A stretch of 62,885 bases of DNA, the filler included, from Folioceros fuciformis (lineage: Eukaryota), in NCBI GenBank assembly GCA_049999805.1. It is 13 parts of 13 records of this genome, joined end to end, with 100 filler letters (N's around TTAATTAATTAA, not from the genome) between each part and the next. Parts side by side here need not be neighbours in the genome. Positions count along the whole stretch, not along the records: positions 24,737 to 29,513 come from JBNGIO010005585.1; positions 29,614 to 33,693 come from JBNGIO010005586.1; positions 33,794 to 46,061 come from JBNGIO010005587.1; 10 more parts are not named here. One strand, written 5' to 3'. How positions within the stretch are numbered: the stretch's first letter is position 1; each line of letters starts with the position of its first letter. The notes beneath the pieces are model-generated. The model was not told the DNA's origin, did not search any database, and saw nothing but the letters and a program-made list of their open reading frames with translations. A program made the translations under genes and the position numbers. This document shows positions 25,481 to 38,582 of the stretch, one piece after another.

Positions 25481-28400
25481 TGACAAGTATCAAGTACGCT
25501 GGTGAGCGATAGGTGTAGGAAAAGATAGATTGATGAACGCGTTACACGCCGCTGTCTTGTGCATGCGGCAGACGGTTACTAACCATTAGGGTATTCCACT
25601 AACCTACGACCTGGACACCTAACCTACCTTAGGGTTAGATGCCCCTATATTAACACTCCCACTCAGGTCTAGAGTTAGGATGTATAATGTTTTATAGTTT
25701 TTTATCGTTTATTAGCTAAAGAGAAACTCGTCAGCCCTAACTAGAAAGAAGCTCTTCAGTCTTCGGCTTCCCAGCTCACTCTTTGTTCCGCCACTGTGCT
25801 CCATCGCAGCTCCTTGCCTGCTGATCGCATCCCCATTCCACTCGCATGCTCATAGTGCTTGATGCGCCCGAGTGCCTTCGTCAGAATGTCTGCTGTCATC
25901 GACTCAGTGGGGCAGTACAGGATCCTTACCAGGCCTTGAGCTACGATTTCGCGGATGTAGTGGTGCTCAATTCCGATGTGTTTAGTCCTGGCGTGGAAGC
26001 GTGGATTCATTGTCAGCGCTATTGCGCTTTGATTGTCGCATAGCAAGTCTATTGGAAGCTCTTGCGGTATGCCCAGCTCCCTCAATGCTCCCACTGACCA
26101 GGTAACCTCCTTGCAAGCCTCGGTCAAGCTCTTGTACTCAGCTTCTGTAGAGGACAATGCTATGGTGGATTGTTTTCTGCTACTCCATGAAACTACGCCA
26201 CCTGCCAGGATTGTCACGTAGCTGGATATACTTTTGCAGCTATCTAGGTCACCACCCCAATCCGCATCGCTGTACACTGTCAGGTGCAGGGCCTTCTTTG
26301 CCTTGGTGCTATACAGGATCCCCCAATCTGCTGTTCCATAAATGTACTTGTAGACCCTTGTCATCAGGTCTTGGTGTGCTCTATTAGGGTTGGACACGAA
26401 TCTAGAGGTCAGGCCTGAAGTGTAGGCTAGGTCAGGTCTGCTCCCAATCATAAGGTGCATCACACTCTCGTTTTCTGATGCGTACTGCTCAACATATTGT
26501 ACATCCTCTTCAGGTACTCCTCCCACTTGCTGAATATACTTCACGTTTTGTTCAACCGGGGTTGCAATAGGTTTGCAGTGCGTACTTATGCTGATGTAGG
26601 AAGATGGTGCCCTCGCCACGATTTTGGAGCAGTTGCATACCTAGGCAATATGCTAATGCGCCGGCCTCTGTGATCTCGAAGGCTCTTCGCAGGTGCTCTT
26701 TGAGCTCATGTATCATCCGCAAGGAGTTGCTAAGCACAATGATATCATCTACATAAATGGCAAGAGCCAGAAAAGTTGTGCCTTCCTTTTTCACATACAC
26801 ATTGTTGTCAGCATGGAGGCCTGCATACCCATGCTCTGTGAGGTAAGTGTGTATCCTTTCATACCATGCCCGAGGACTTTGCTTTAGTCCATATATTGTC
26901 TTCTGGAGCTTACAGACTGGACGTGGTATGTGTGCAGGTACTCCAACTCCTGCGGGGACCTGCATGAAGATCTCCTCCTGGAGGTTCCCATACAAGAATG
27001 CTGTCGTCACGTCTAACTGTTCAAGTTCCAGGTTGTTTACTGCAGCAAGTGCTATGAATATTCGCAAAGTGTTCAACTTCACCACTGGACTAAACGTGTT
27101 GTCATAGTCCACGCCAGGTATTTGTGAATACCCCTTCGCGACTAGCCTTGCTTTATAGCGCTCAATACTGCCATCAGCTTTGAGCTTGATCTTAAACACC
27201 CACTTGCTGCCAACCTGTTTTCTGTCTGCAGGGAGACTGGCGATTTTCCAAGTTTGGTTTTCATGCAGGGATGCTAGCTCAGACTAGATAGCCTTGTACT
27301 AGTGTTCAGCATCTGGGAGCTCAAGGCTGCTTCATATGTAGGCGGTTCATATAGAACTGTATTGGCAGCTAGGCAGTAAGTGAGATGGGACTTAGGGTGC
27401 CGAAAGTCCTCTGGTGCATACATGTTTGGAGGTCTGTGTGTTCGCTAAGACTGCTTGGGCTCAGGATGAGCATGCTTTGGTTTCCTTCTATGCTGTCCAA
27501 TCGGTGGAGCTGAAGGAATGATAGTCTCTGCCTCCTCAAAATGCAACGACCCAACTGAAGGTGAATCTTGCAAGTTTCTGCTGCGAATGATGCGTCCAGG
27601 TGTCCGCAGTGGTGTTTGCTCGAGTGGTGACTGTGGTGCTGGTACCACTTGTGCTGCAGGGGCTCCAGGTGCCACAGGCGCAGCGGGAAGAGGAACGCAT
27701 CTAGATGTCTCCGACCATCATCTCCTCCTCCTCTTGTGCATAGCCATCATCGGAACTTGGAGAGTCATCAGGTGACGTTGCTCCCACTGACTGTTGGGAC
27801 TCCACGCCTTCGACAAAGACAACATCCCTGGAATGGGTAACGACCCTTGTTTGTTTGTTCAACACCTTGTAGCCCTTAATGCCTTTTGTGAACCCAATGA
27901 AAATGCATGAATTTGACTTGGGTTTGAACTTTCTGCGCAGGTCCTTATGGATTTGTGTGTACACAGTCGAGCCAAACACCCGAAGGTGAGAGAGATTGGG
28001 CTTCCTACCTATCCACATTTCGTAGGGAGTTTTTCCCTTCACTGACTTGTGAGCAATCCGATCCTAGATGTAAGCAGCATAGCTGACTGCCTCTGCCCAG
28101 TAAGCTTTGGGCAGGTTTGCATAGTGGAGCATGCTGGAGGCTGAGGTCTCCAAGGACTGATTTTTGTGCTTCGCCATCCCATTCTGCTGTGGGGTATATG
28201 CATTTGTCAGCTGCGTTGCTATGCCATGTGTCTTGCAGAATGCATCAAATTCACTAGAGGTAAACTCTCCTCCATTATCTGACCGCAAAATCTTGAGGCG
28301 ATGACCAGTTTGAGTTTCTGCCCACGCCTTGTACTCCATAAAACAGGCGAACGTTTCGGACTTGTGCTTCAGGAAATAGACACGCGAGTGTAGTCGTCAA

Positions 28401-29513
28401 TGAATGTGGTAAAATATTCCTTCCCTCCTAATGATACTAGCAACTTGCCACAAACATCGCTGTGCACCAAGCCTAGTATTTCAGTTGCTCTTGTGGCTTG
28501 TCCAATAGGGAAAGAGGAACGCTTGTGCTTGCCAAGCACACAAGCTTCACAAACTCCGAAGTTCTGCAAATTATCCAAGGTGATGCCCTCGACCAGCTTG
28601 TCCTTATACATGTTGACCAACTTCTGGAAATTAACGTGACCCAGGCGGAGGTGCCACAGGTACGTAAGCGAGGGCTGTGCATAGTGTGAGGAGTCTCCAG
28701 CTGAATATGCCTTGGCTTCCTTCATATCAAGGTGATACAAATCATCCTTTTGCAGATGTCCAGTGGCCAAGAGAGTGCCACTTTTGGTCTCAACAACTGA
28801 TCTGCCTTCTCCAAAACATACATAACAGCCTGATTGATCTATTTTACGTACTGAAACCAAGTTCTTGGCCAGTCCGGGCACATATAGGACGTCGGAAATC
28901 TCCAAATGCTGATCACGTTGCAAGTCTAGCTGTATGGTCCCTCGTCCTGCAATCTCGTGTTGTGAGTCGTCTCCTAAACAAACGTACTTCGCAGGGCTGC
29001 TCTCTTTTACCTCAGTGAAATATGCAGCATGAGGTGTCATATGCTGCGAGGCCCCACTGTCGACATACCAGGCATGATCAGGTTGGCTGGCAAAATAGGT
29101 AACTACGTTGCACATGCTTTGATTGTGATCTCGAGGTGAAGTCACTTGTGTGTCAAGAATGACACTAGCATAGAATGCTCTACTATACTTCTGCATTGTT
29201 ACTGCCAGCTGCCTTGAGGGTCCTCCTTCTCCAGCCAGTCGTTTCCGACAAACTTCCTAGGTATGATTATTCATACCACAGAATCTGCATGGTGGCCTGC
29301 CTTTGCTTGTGCCAAACGCTGGAGGCCTTGGGGGCATGCCTCTGCCTCTGCCCCTGCCTCGTCCAAAGGGGCGACCTCGTCCCCTACCTTGTCCAGGTTT
29401 GCCCATCCACAGGGCCTTGTCAACTCCTCCTGAAACACAGGTATGCACTATTTTCCTTCGAGATTCTTCAGTGAGCATTGCTGAAATAACTCGGTTTACT
29501 GATATTGGCCTCA
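25481..29513 (-). mobile_element. copia element (gag C-terminus to 3' LTR 25481-25655, PPT 25656-25666)
   Basis: RG-rich gag, [34 protein letters not shown]...CA 175-bp LTR. Confidence 0.96.
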
Positions 29514-30362
29514 NNNNNNNNNNNNNNNNNNNNNNNNNNNNNNNNNNNNNNNNNNNNTTAATTAATTAANNNNNNNNNNNNNNNNNNNNNNNNNNNNNNN
29601 NNNNNNNNNNNNNAACACTTTAAAGGTGGCTATCTAGATTGACTATTCCTCCACCTCTCTGGGTTTATACTTAAACGGAGATGCAAACCCAGCATGGTCT
29701 CAAGATGCAAGGCAACCTTTCACATCTCCAAACATACACCTTCAACTTTTAGTAGGGTCTCTCAAGATTGACAAAGGGTTGAAGGAGACTTGAGTAGAGG
29801 CCATTGATGATGACTATGTCGAAACTCCAACAATATGATGGCTATGTGTAGCAAAACCTTTGGATCCTTGTTGTGAAACCTTGGGGCACATATTCAAGAT
29901 TCTACTGAACGAACATCTCATAGAGTAAGAGGCTATTATTGCTTCCCTAATACTTGAAAGACCAAGATGTCTAGCCACGTGATAGTGATTCAACAGCTAA
30001 TAATTGTGTTAATAGAATCAAGAGTGCAAGGTCCCATTGTGTCATTCGTGGAGTAGAATCAGCACTAGTTGATGGCCTACGAGAGTTAGTGAGTACCAAG
30101 GGACATGATCTAGTCCTCGCAGTTCCACAGGCATTTCGGATCAGCAGTTGGACAAGGACGACAAAGGCCTGACGTTTGGTGCCGTGCAGCGCTCAGGGCA
30201 TTCGATGTCCTCGTCAGTTGCTGTGGAAGGAACTTGGTAAGCAAAGCGAACCCTACCCGGACCTTGTTTCTTTGAAAACAGAGCAGTGGACTCCGCGTGA
30301 AAATCACGTGCGGAATCTTAGCATCCCACATCCACCAGAGCATAGAGATAGCGACTGGGAAG

Positions 30363-30545
30363 GCCAAGGTGTCCCAGTCTCTACTTCTGTGTCACCTAGC
30401 TTGCACCTTCCCAGTCCAAGGTGTCCCATCCTCTACTTTTGTGTCACCTTTTCACGGAGAGGAAACTAGCTTGCATCTTCCCAGTCCAAGGTGTCCCATC
30501 CTCTACTTTTGTGTGTCACCTCTTAACGGAGAGAAACTAGCGTGC
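30363..30545. repeat. About 70-bp tandem repeat, about 2.5 copies
   Basis: CCAAGGTGTCCCA.(C)TCTACTT.TGTGTCACC three times. Confidence 0.85.
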
Positions 30546-30829
30546 ACCAAGCTGGAACCAAAGAAAGAGGGAACAAGGCGAACAGCAAGCATGCAAGCGG
30601 GCAGATCATTGTTAGTCATTATGTAGACTTGGGTCAGGCAAAGGCAGTTATTGCGGATCGGGAGTAAGAGAGGAGACAGCTGCACCTCGAGTTGATCTGG
30701 TTGGTCGGACGAGGATACCATCACCTCAATTTGAGTGCTGCAGTCACTTGGGATTCATTCATTAGTCTCTTACCATGAAGGGCCATGAAGAGGACAAGGA
30801 GACTCATCAGCGGTACAAGAATGATCGAC

Positions 30830-32916
30830 TCAGGTCCGGTCGCTCGGGGAGCCAGGAACAGCCAGGGAAGGAAAAGGCGCCATGGACACGCATATGATGG
30901 GGGGGAGGGGGGCCTTTGTCTTTCTGGAGTTTGTGACTGCCACTTCGTCTCTACTACTGCCTTCATCCGTTTTCGTACCAGTCCCGACCTCCTGCCTCTC
31001 TGCCAACTTCATAGGGGTGGCGGCTGGATTTGGCAAACGATGCACCACCATGGAAGCCATGAAGAGAGGAAGATAAAGTAAGCTTGACAGGAATAGCTTG
31101 CGTACCGTCGCAGACGACGGCTGGAGATAAAATTGAGATGCCATCAAAGCCATGCCAGTTGTCAAATGCTTGTCTCCATCGTGATGTACTTGGAAGTTGT
31201 ACCCCCTGTTCAGGAACGTGACAAGATAGATGAAATTGCATCCGAGAGAACACAACCCCCCAGGCAATACGGCACATGAAGCTTCGACCCGTCACTACTT
31301 ACATTGGTAAGCTAAACACCCCAGAGGAAAGAGATAAATGCAATTCCGAAGAGCTGCGGGAGCCGTTCTTCTACCAGAAACATCAAGAAGTGAGAGCATC
31401 TTGTACCTGAATCACGACGTCTTGTCAAACATCAGAACTAATTTTGCCGAAATCTCTGAGACAGGCTAGTCGTCTCCAATACTTAGATTGAATACGTTAA
31501 TGAAGCAAAATACCAGAAAATGAAAGAGCCTAAGCCATACCCTCCAGCTGCATAATCACTTCGGCAGAGAAATGCCAAAGCCATGAAATGCGGAATCTGC
31601 CACAAGTACTAAGCACCAGCAAGCACCCAGCTTGCCGGATCAAGGTGTCCAGAGGCAGCAGCCCATCTGCCATCAGCGAGTAAAATCATGAGTGGCAAAG
31701 AATAATCTTCCAATTAAGCTAACCCTGAAGGCACACAGCTAAAGCACAACAGGAAACGCAGTAACACTGTTGACTCTATAACACAACAGAACATGGACAA
31801 CAACATCACGCAAGAGGTAGGCCCGCGCATGACCAACTACAATTTAATTTGCAAGTGGTGCCACAAATTCAACCTACCCCATAAGCGGAGGAATGGCACC
31901 AACAACTGCCGCAACCCAAGTATTAACAGGATGGATCTGCTTGAGAGGAGTGTATGCGACAGTGTACAACGCGATATTCGCAGCTCCTAAGGTGGCTGTC
32001 AATGCGTTAGTCTGCAACACACTTGAGAAAGACATTTCCCATCAAAACCGAGAACGAGAGCTTTGACACAGCAAACAGGAAATATGTTTGTCAGGGCGGA
32101 CGCCAAAAAGAACAGTCACTCCACCATCCCGTGCTCGGAAGAGTTCGAATGGAGAGAGAGCAACCTTCCAGGATAGTACAGTAATGCCAGTAACGCCAGG
32201 ACAGGCGGCCCACACCTAAGCATGAGACACAGTCAGGCGCCCTGACGGCAGCGGCCTTCGCATGGTCCGCTTCATAACAGCATCGTTGCCAACTTCCATC
32301 GCCTGCGGCCATCAATCCATGGCATCAGCCTGGAACCAAAGTTCACGGAATTCATGCATGGGCAGCGTTCCCCGAGCTGCAACATCATCTGCAAACCGCA
32401 ACAACTAGCACCTGGTTGAATGAGTTGGCAGATGCAGCAGCCATCACGGTCCCAGCTGCTGTCCACAACCTCTCCGCTTCCCATTACAAATCCTACTCCT
32501 GCAGTAGACACGACCAGCATGCTGCAACCAGCAGGGAGGGTGGATCCACATGTCAAAATCCTGCAATTGGCATCCAGGCGAGACGCACTTCTATTGTTCG
32601 GCAGATCTCACCTGAGCCGTGCCTTGGATAGCTGCCAATAGCATTGCCCGTAGTGCCGGATGGCCTCCGCCAGCGGCCTGGACGCATGGGGCAAGACCTC
32701 GGTCTGTCCGGCAGCTGGTGCTGCTGCTGCCAGAGCTCCACAAGCTGAAGCAGAAGATCGGCGCACACCGAGGACCAGGAGAGCGCCGCTTCTCCAGGCC
32801 CCCGCCGCTCTGACCAGTGCTCCCAGCGTCGTGGCCATTCCCACCTGCCAGAGCGCGCGTCGACACCAGCAAGGAGCACCAGGAGCATTGAACAACTGGA
32901 CGCGACGGGAAACCAT
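30830..32916 (-). pseudogene. COX10: Protoheme IX farnesyltransferase (heme O synthase), 7 exons, disabled
   Basis: [57 protein letters not shown]. Lesions: frameshift deletion near 32463, TAG at 32216-32218 and 31609-31611, 1-bp deletion near 31165. Confidence 0.9.
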
Positions 32917-33793
32917 ACGGTGACCGGACGCGCCGGTGGGAGGGGGACCCCTTGGTGACCGGATGCAACGATCATCTCAAGCCCTATTCTCATCATCTTC
33001 GGTGACGGAAGAGCGATCGCTATGCAGCTGCGGGATAGGGTAGGAAGGGAATGAGTTGCATCGTATGAGTTGCAGAAGAAGAAACAACGAGAACAAGTAT
33101 GGAATCCATTTATGGAGATCCTTGCCCTACATGTTGTCCATCAACCGGACATGTAAGCTGAATTTTTTTGACTCAGGTCACTTGATCCGATTTGGTGGTC
33201 TCCCCTTTGTTTGGACGCGCAGTGATGCCGTATCTGCAAGATTTCATCGCAAGTATGTGATGTTCTTACTGAAAGATCTTTTCCTCCGATTTCAGCCGTT
33301 GCTGTATTGCAAGCCTTCCGTTTCTGATGTCTCCCGAAACCCTAAGGCTTGAGCCATGTCTATATTACGTGTTGTCCTCGAGCCGTTTCTCTTGTAAGCT
33401 TGAACGTCAATCCCTCGCGGTTCTGATGAAACTATTTCGGCAGGTTTGGGAGGGCTGCCTGCACATCTTCAGAAGCAGTATGGTCTCCTCGGACAATTGG
33501 ACCTGCAGTTCCAAGGTGATGGACCAGTTTTTTAGCCACTTGGATTCTGGTGCCAATTCGCATCAACCAGTCAGTTGTTTGGCATCATAATTCATCAACC
33601 ATTGTGTAACATGCTTTTCGCGGCATTTTTTTCAGAGCATGACAATGCAATGCTGGAAAAGTGTGTTCAGGGGCACAAGGAAGTCACAGAAGCNNNNNNN
33701 NNNNNNNNNNNNNNNNNNNNNNNNNNNNNNNNNNNNNTTAATTAATTAANNNNNNNNNNNNNNNNNNNNNNNNNNNNNNNNNNNNNNNNNNNN

Positions 33794-34126
33794 GGATTAG
33801 ATGGTTTGACGTATCGAACTTACGCAGGTGGTAAAGGATCCATGAAGGATGACAATGGCATAATGCTTCCTTACTTGTTTGAAGAAGAGCTCAAAGTTTG
33901 CCTGGAATCTGCAAGACTACAATTAATTGAACTGTGTTCAGCTCCTACAGATATTGGTGGATTTATTATGCTTGAAGAAAGCCAAGATCCAGAAACTTGT
34001 CCAAGTCAACTTAATGCCAAGTGTGTGATAGCTTTTAGTGATGAGGAAGCTTTGTTAGATCAACTGTTTTCTTGTACAATACCTGGATGCTATAATTTGT
34101 ATCCCCACAAAATGTTAAAAATTTAA
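33794..34126 (+). CDS. 3' part of an unidentified AT-rich ORF
   Basis: Open from the contig edge with protein-like composition; family not recognised. Confidence 0.3.
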   Translation, partial: GLDGLTYRTYAGGKGSMKDDNGIMLPYLFEEELKVCLESARLQLIELCSAPTDIGGFIMLEESQDPETCPSQLNAKCVIAFSDEEALLDQLFSCTIPGCYNLYPHKMLKI

Positions 34127-34914
34127 ACTTTACTTATTTATTTTGTCTTGTCAAAGTAAGAAATAAAAAATTATCTTGAATTAATTTGATATTTTTATTT
34201 TTATCATTCTTAGTTTATTTAGTAAATTTTTTTCTAATTGAAGAATATGATTGATGTACTAATCTATCAAGATATATATAATGTTTTATGAAAAATAATT
34301 ATTTTTATAGAAGCTAGATTTGATGGAAGACTAAAGGGTATTAATTAATATACAACTTAAAAAACAAACTATAAGATGGCTGTCACTAACCACAGGTCTA
34401 TTTCATTGTTGCGAAACGCACTAACCAAAATGTGTCTGGACTCCAATGCGTGGAAAGGAGAAACCTTTTGAATCCAGCTGTGTAACTTCAAATCCACAAT
34501 GACACGGTCTGCGTTTCTAACACACAACACAATACACAGGTAGCCCATAGAGATGCCGAGGCCATCAGGAATGAACGTTCGGATGTTGTCCCCAGCGGTG
34601 CAGTGCACCCCCGGCCGTACCCACCAACACCTTAGGGCTCGGGATAGGCTGACAGTTCGGGGGCCTTGCGACGGTCCTTGAACGGACTCCGTGTTTCCTG
34701 ACGGAGCCGGTAGGAGTCGGAAAGGGACATCTTGGACAAAGTCGGCACACCTTAAGCGTGTCTACGTACAGAAATGTCTCAGCTGCGGTAGGCTTGACGC
34801 TGTGTTGCTGCAGGGAAATGGATCAACCGAGCTAACTGAACCCCCACGCAAAGAAGCAGACTGCGCCACAGCCAAAGGCAGTTCCGGGTTACAAATCTCA
34901 CGGTTTGCCATGGC

Positions 34915-37597
34915 ATGAGGCCCAGCTGCTCGCAACCGGACTTTCTGTGTTGTGCATCGTCGGTGACAATGTCATCAAGCAGTGGCTGCACCAGCCCAGC
35001 TGCTTGCTTCCACTCAAGGGGGACTAAGCATATATTTTTGGGGAGTTATTGGTCTGCCTCCACAGACCTGCGCTTTCCCAAGTCTTTTCCGTGTAAGGGA
35101 GCTCGCCGTGCATCAGTACTGAGGGCGTCTGCCGAGAAAGGGAAACAGAGGGGACCCAAGGACAGGAAACCTGGGGAAAAGCAGGGCAAGAGGAAAGACA
35201 ATGTTTGGAGTGCAGACAATGAGGCTGCAAGGTCAGGTGCAGGCTATTCAGGGAGCAGGAAAGATAATGTCTGGAGTGGAGATAGCAATGCTCGGGGCTC
35301 AAGTGGAGCTAACGCAGTCAAGGGAGGCAAGACGGGTGGTAAAATCACTCCGTCCGGGACCGGGGTCCTCCCGACTGGAAGCAGGGCAGGGAGTTTGGGT
35401 GGCGAGAATGGTGTAGGCCTTTCGGCTGATGGTTTTTCTGCGACGGATTCTGCGAAAAGAGACTCGGAGAACGATGTGGGCAGTCGTTTGCAGAAGTTCG
35501 AGGATGTGGTGGAAGGTAGTGGTCGTTACGCAGAGAATAGTTCCCAAGGCTCCTCTTATGCAAGGGTACGGATTTCAGCCTCCTTGCCAACTAAGGTTGA
35601 GGCTGTGCTGCAGCCTGAGGTACTCTTCGTTACCATGTGCTCCATACACGTCCATCCTTTTAACCTTGAAGTGACCTGCTTGTGTTATGATCCCCTGATG
35701 ATGCATTTTTCATGTAGGAGCTGGCTGCTTCTCCACTGTGGAAAACATTTTCAAGCAGTGTCTCTGGAGTGTGGAGGGGTGTCGGAGCAGCTTTCTCTCC
35801 CATCACAGCTGACATGGAGGCAATGTCTCTCGGAGAAGATAATGAGTACCTTTACGATGCACATGTCCTTTGTATTGTTCAGCCCACTGAAGTCAAAGAA
35901 CAAGATGGGATCAGTCCAAGGCTCGCAAGAAAGGTTTTCTCGAAATTTGACAATCCTCACGGGGAACAGGGCCTGGGCGAGGTGGTTGTGCAACATGCAG
36001 ACGTGGACGAGCTGGATTTGATGGAATCTGGTGTATTGAGGGGCGAGGCTGGTGAGGCCGTCCTTTTGGATGAATTTACTCCAGTTGGACTAATAGGCAC
36101 AGAAGAAATCCAGTCTGTAGAACAGGACATGCTACCAATTCCTTGGGAGGATCAGGACCAATTTCTAATTCTAAGTGACCTAGAAGGTGTGGATAGTGTT
36201 CCAGATACAGAGTGGGAATCGGAAATAAACGTGGCAGGAGAGATTGTGGTGGACTGGGAGAAAGGGGAAGGAGCCTTGTCGAATTTAGGGCTTCCAAAGG
36301 AGCTTGTCGGGGACCAAATTACTGCTGACTGGAGAACCATCATAGAAAACGATGAAAAGGTGGAAAAGCGGTGGGATGCTGTGTGGGATGTTACAGAGAT
36401 TGAAGTGTTTGAAGGTCATGTAGAAGCTTTTTCCCCTGAGGAAGTTTTTTCGGGCAGTTCCTCCCTTGAAAATTCCGAAGCAGCATGGACAGAAAATATA
36501 CAGGAACATTTCTCCCCTGCCCCTGCTAGCACTGAAGGTATTGAGGACCATAGTTCAGAAACAGTCCACGGTGATTGGGATGACGTGATGGAAGAAGATT
36601 TGATGGGGCAAGAACCGGGCTTAATTTTCTTTGAGGTTGGCTGAGACCTTGGCGATCTGTAGGTGCGTTTTTGGTTTGGACTGATTCAATCTAAAGTGAA
36701 TGTAACGCTTCTTGCAGGATGGGTCATACTCGAGGGGCCCGCTGAGACTCTTGGCACAAGCTACCAGCAGGGGCGATGACCAATATGCCTTGCCACCAAC
36801 ATTCAAAGTAGAGCATGTCCGTATTGTTTACACATACTAGTTCCATCCTGTCGCTCTTAAGGTGTCAGTTGGATGAGTGTATGGGGGAAAAAAAAAACTC
36901 TGATCTAATCTACCCTGCATCAGTGCCTAGTGTCGGGAGGCCACAGACGGCTGCGAGTAGTTCACACCATCTCCATCGAAGACGGCGGCGAAGAGGTACA
37001 GGTGCTACGTGTTGTTGCCTATGAAGAGGAATGGGTGGGTCCTGCATCCATGCCATCGATCAGGTGCGTGGTGCAAGTGTGCTGTATGGTACTACAAGCT
37101 ACTTCCGCGGTGTTCCTTTAACATTTAACACTAGACGCGCCGTGTGTCTTGGCCGTGGCAGTGGAAGCGGTGGCCATAAGTTGGTGCCATTTTCTCGGCG
37201 CCCCAGGCTGCTTCCCGATCAGTTGACAGGATCTTGGAAGTCGTTTGCGAAGATTGCTTCTGTTGGGTGCCCACCGCGGGGAGAGCCATCAGTTGTGTTC
37301 TCCACCAAAGAGGCCTCCGTCATGCGAGAGCCCCCACCTTTGGTCTCTCTTCCTGAAGGAGAAGAGAAAGCAGCCCACATCGGGGACATCACGGACGTGA
37401 GCATACTGTGGTTGCCTGGAGGTATCTCAGCTACTGTAGATATTCAGGAGGAGGGCGTTTTGACAATTGGCGCTAGCTGGTTGCTTGCAGACGGTACCAG
37501 AATAGCTGTCGAAAGGGATTATAACACGGAAGGGCACCTCGCCGAGGTTCGCACACTGTCTGAAGTGAAGGGAGGTTGGATAGGAGGCAGGATGTGA
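34915..37597 (+). CDS. Plastid-targeted DUF3598-like protein; exons about 34915-35619, 35718-36635, 36718-36816, 36924-37063, 37163-37597
   Basis: Transit-peptide-like N-terminus; SGVWRGVGAAFSP, FFEDGSYSRGP, GGHRRLRVVH, LWLPGG motifs; GT-AG introns keep the frame. Confidence 0.75.
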
Positions 37598-38582
37598 AAC
37601 TTTTCCTGACGCCAAGTGTATCAGGGTGTGTGCCCGCTCACTTCTTTGCGTCCACATTTACAAACTGACACTAAAACCAGTACGCATACTCGTACGCATA
37701 CTATGGGCATAGACGGTCTAACATTTGGGACAGAAGGCCTTAGACAAAATACGTATTTAGTTGTATGATAAACTCAAACTTTGTCCTGAAAACACTACCG
37801 CTATAAACCGCCAGCTGCCTGAACCTGCAACCTGTAATTAAGGGGGAGAAAAGAACGGTACAGTTCTGCACTTGAACAGGGGAAATCCTATCTACATCTG
37901 TCTCCTGCGCCTGCAAAACATGGAGACTTGATCAGAGAGTTCTTGTTCAGAGCAACTGGCATAAGAGTGGTCCTCCCCCCTCCTGCAAAGCACATCCCCG
38001 TTATCACCGAGAAGCGGTCAAGTTCTCCACCGGTCGTCGCGCGTCCACCTGTACACAGATATCATGTTAGCATGCAGCATGCCATGTCACTGGAGATTCT
38101 CACCTACCTGAGACCTGCAGCAAACTCAGAAAGGGAACATTACGTGGTTGAAAGTGCACATTCCCTATAAACAAAGTCATATCCCATGAACTGGTCAAAG
38201 ATTTAACCAGAGTGACCGCAAGTGTTGCTGGCAGCTGCACACAAGGGCAGGTGACCTGCTCATTCATTACATACACTAGACGCAAACAGGCAGACGCACA
38301 CAATGAACCTGGGAATGCATTCTTTGAACCCGGCATGCGCACAAACCAGGAAATGCACAACTAACATTAGCAAAGTCCCAGCCCAAGAACCGAAAGACTT
38401 CAGATTGCAGGGCACAGCATCGTGATCCTGCACACCACCTGCACAGAGTAAAATGGTCTGTGAGCTGCTACCACCTCAGAGACTTCCAAGAGGAAAGATA
38501 GCTTGGGTGGACCTGGACACGCTACCCAAGTGCAGTAGGCCAGGAATGGGACAAACCAAAACAATTCCAGTCCTCAGGCTCT

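Noticed and set aside
29614-30360. Possible decayed LINE
   Set aside because: Only faint motif resemblance and many stops; cannot be supported.
31609-32218. TAG=Leu recoding or RNA editing in COX10
   Set aside because: The same gene also has two frameshifts, and the neighbouring genes translate with the standard code. A pseudogene is simpler.
33636-33693. Possible exon of a gene divergent from COX10
   Set aside because: An acceptor-like site is present, but the stretch is too short and is cut by the contig end.
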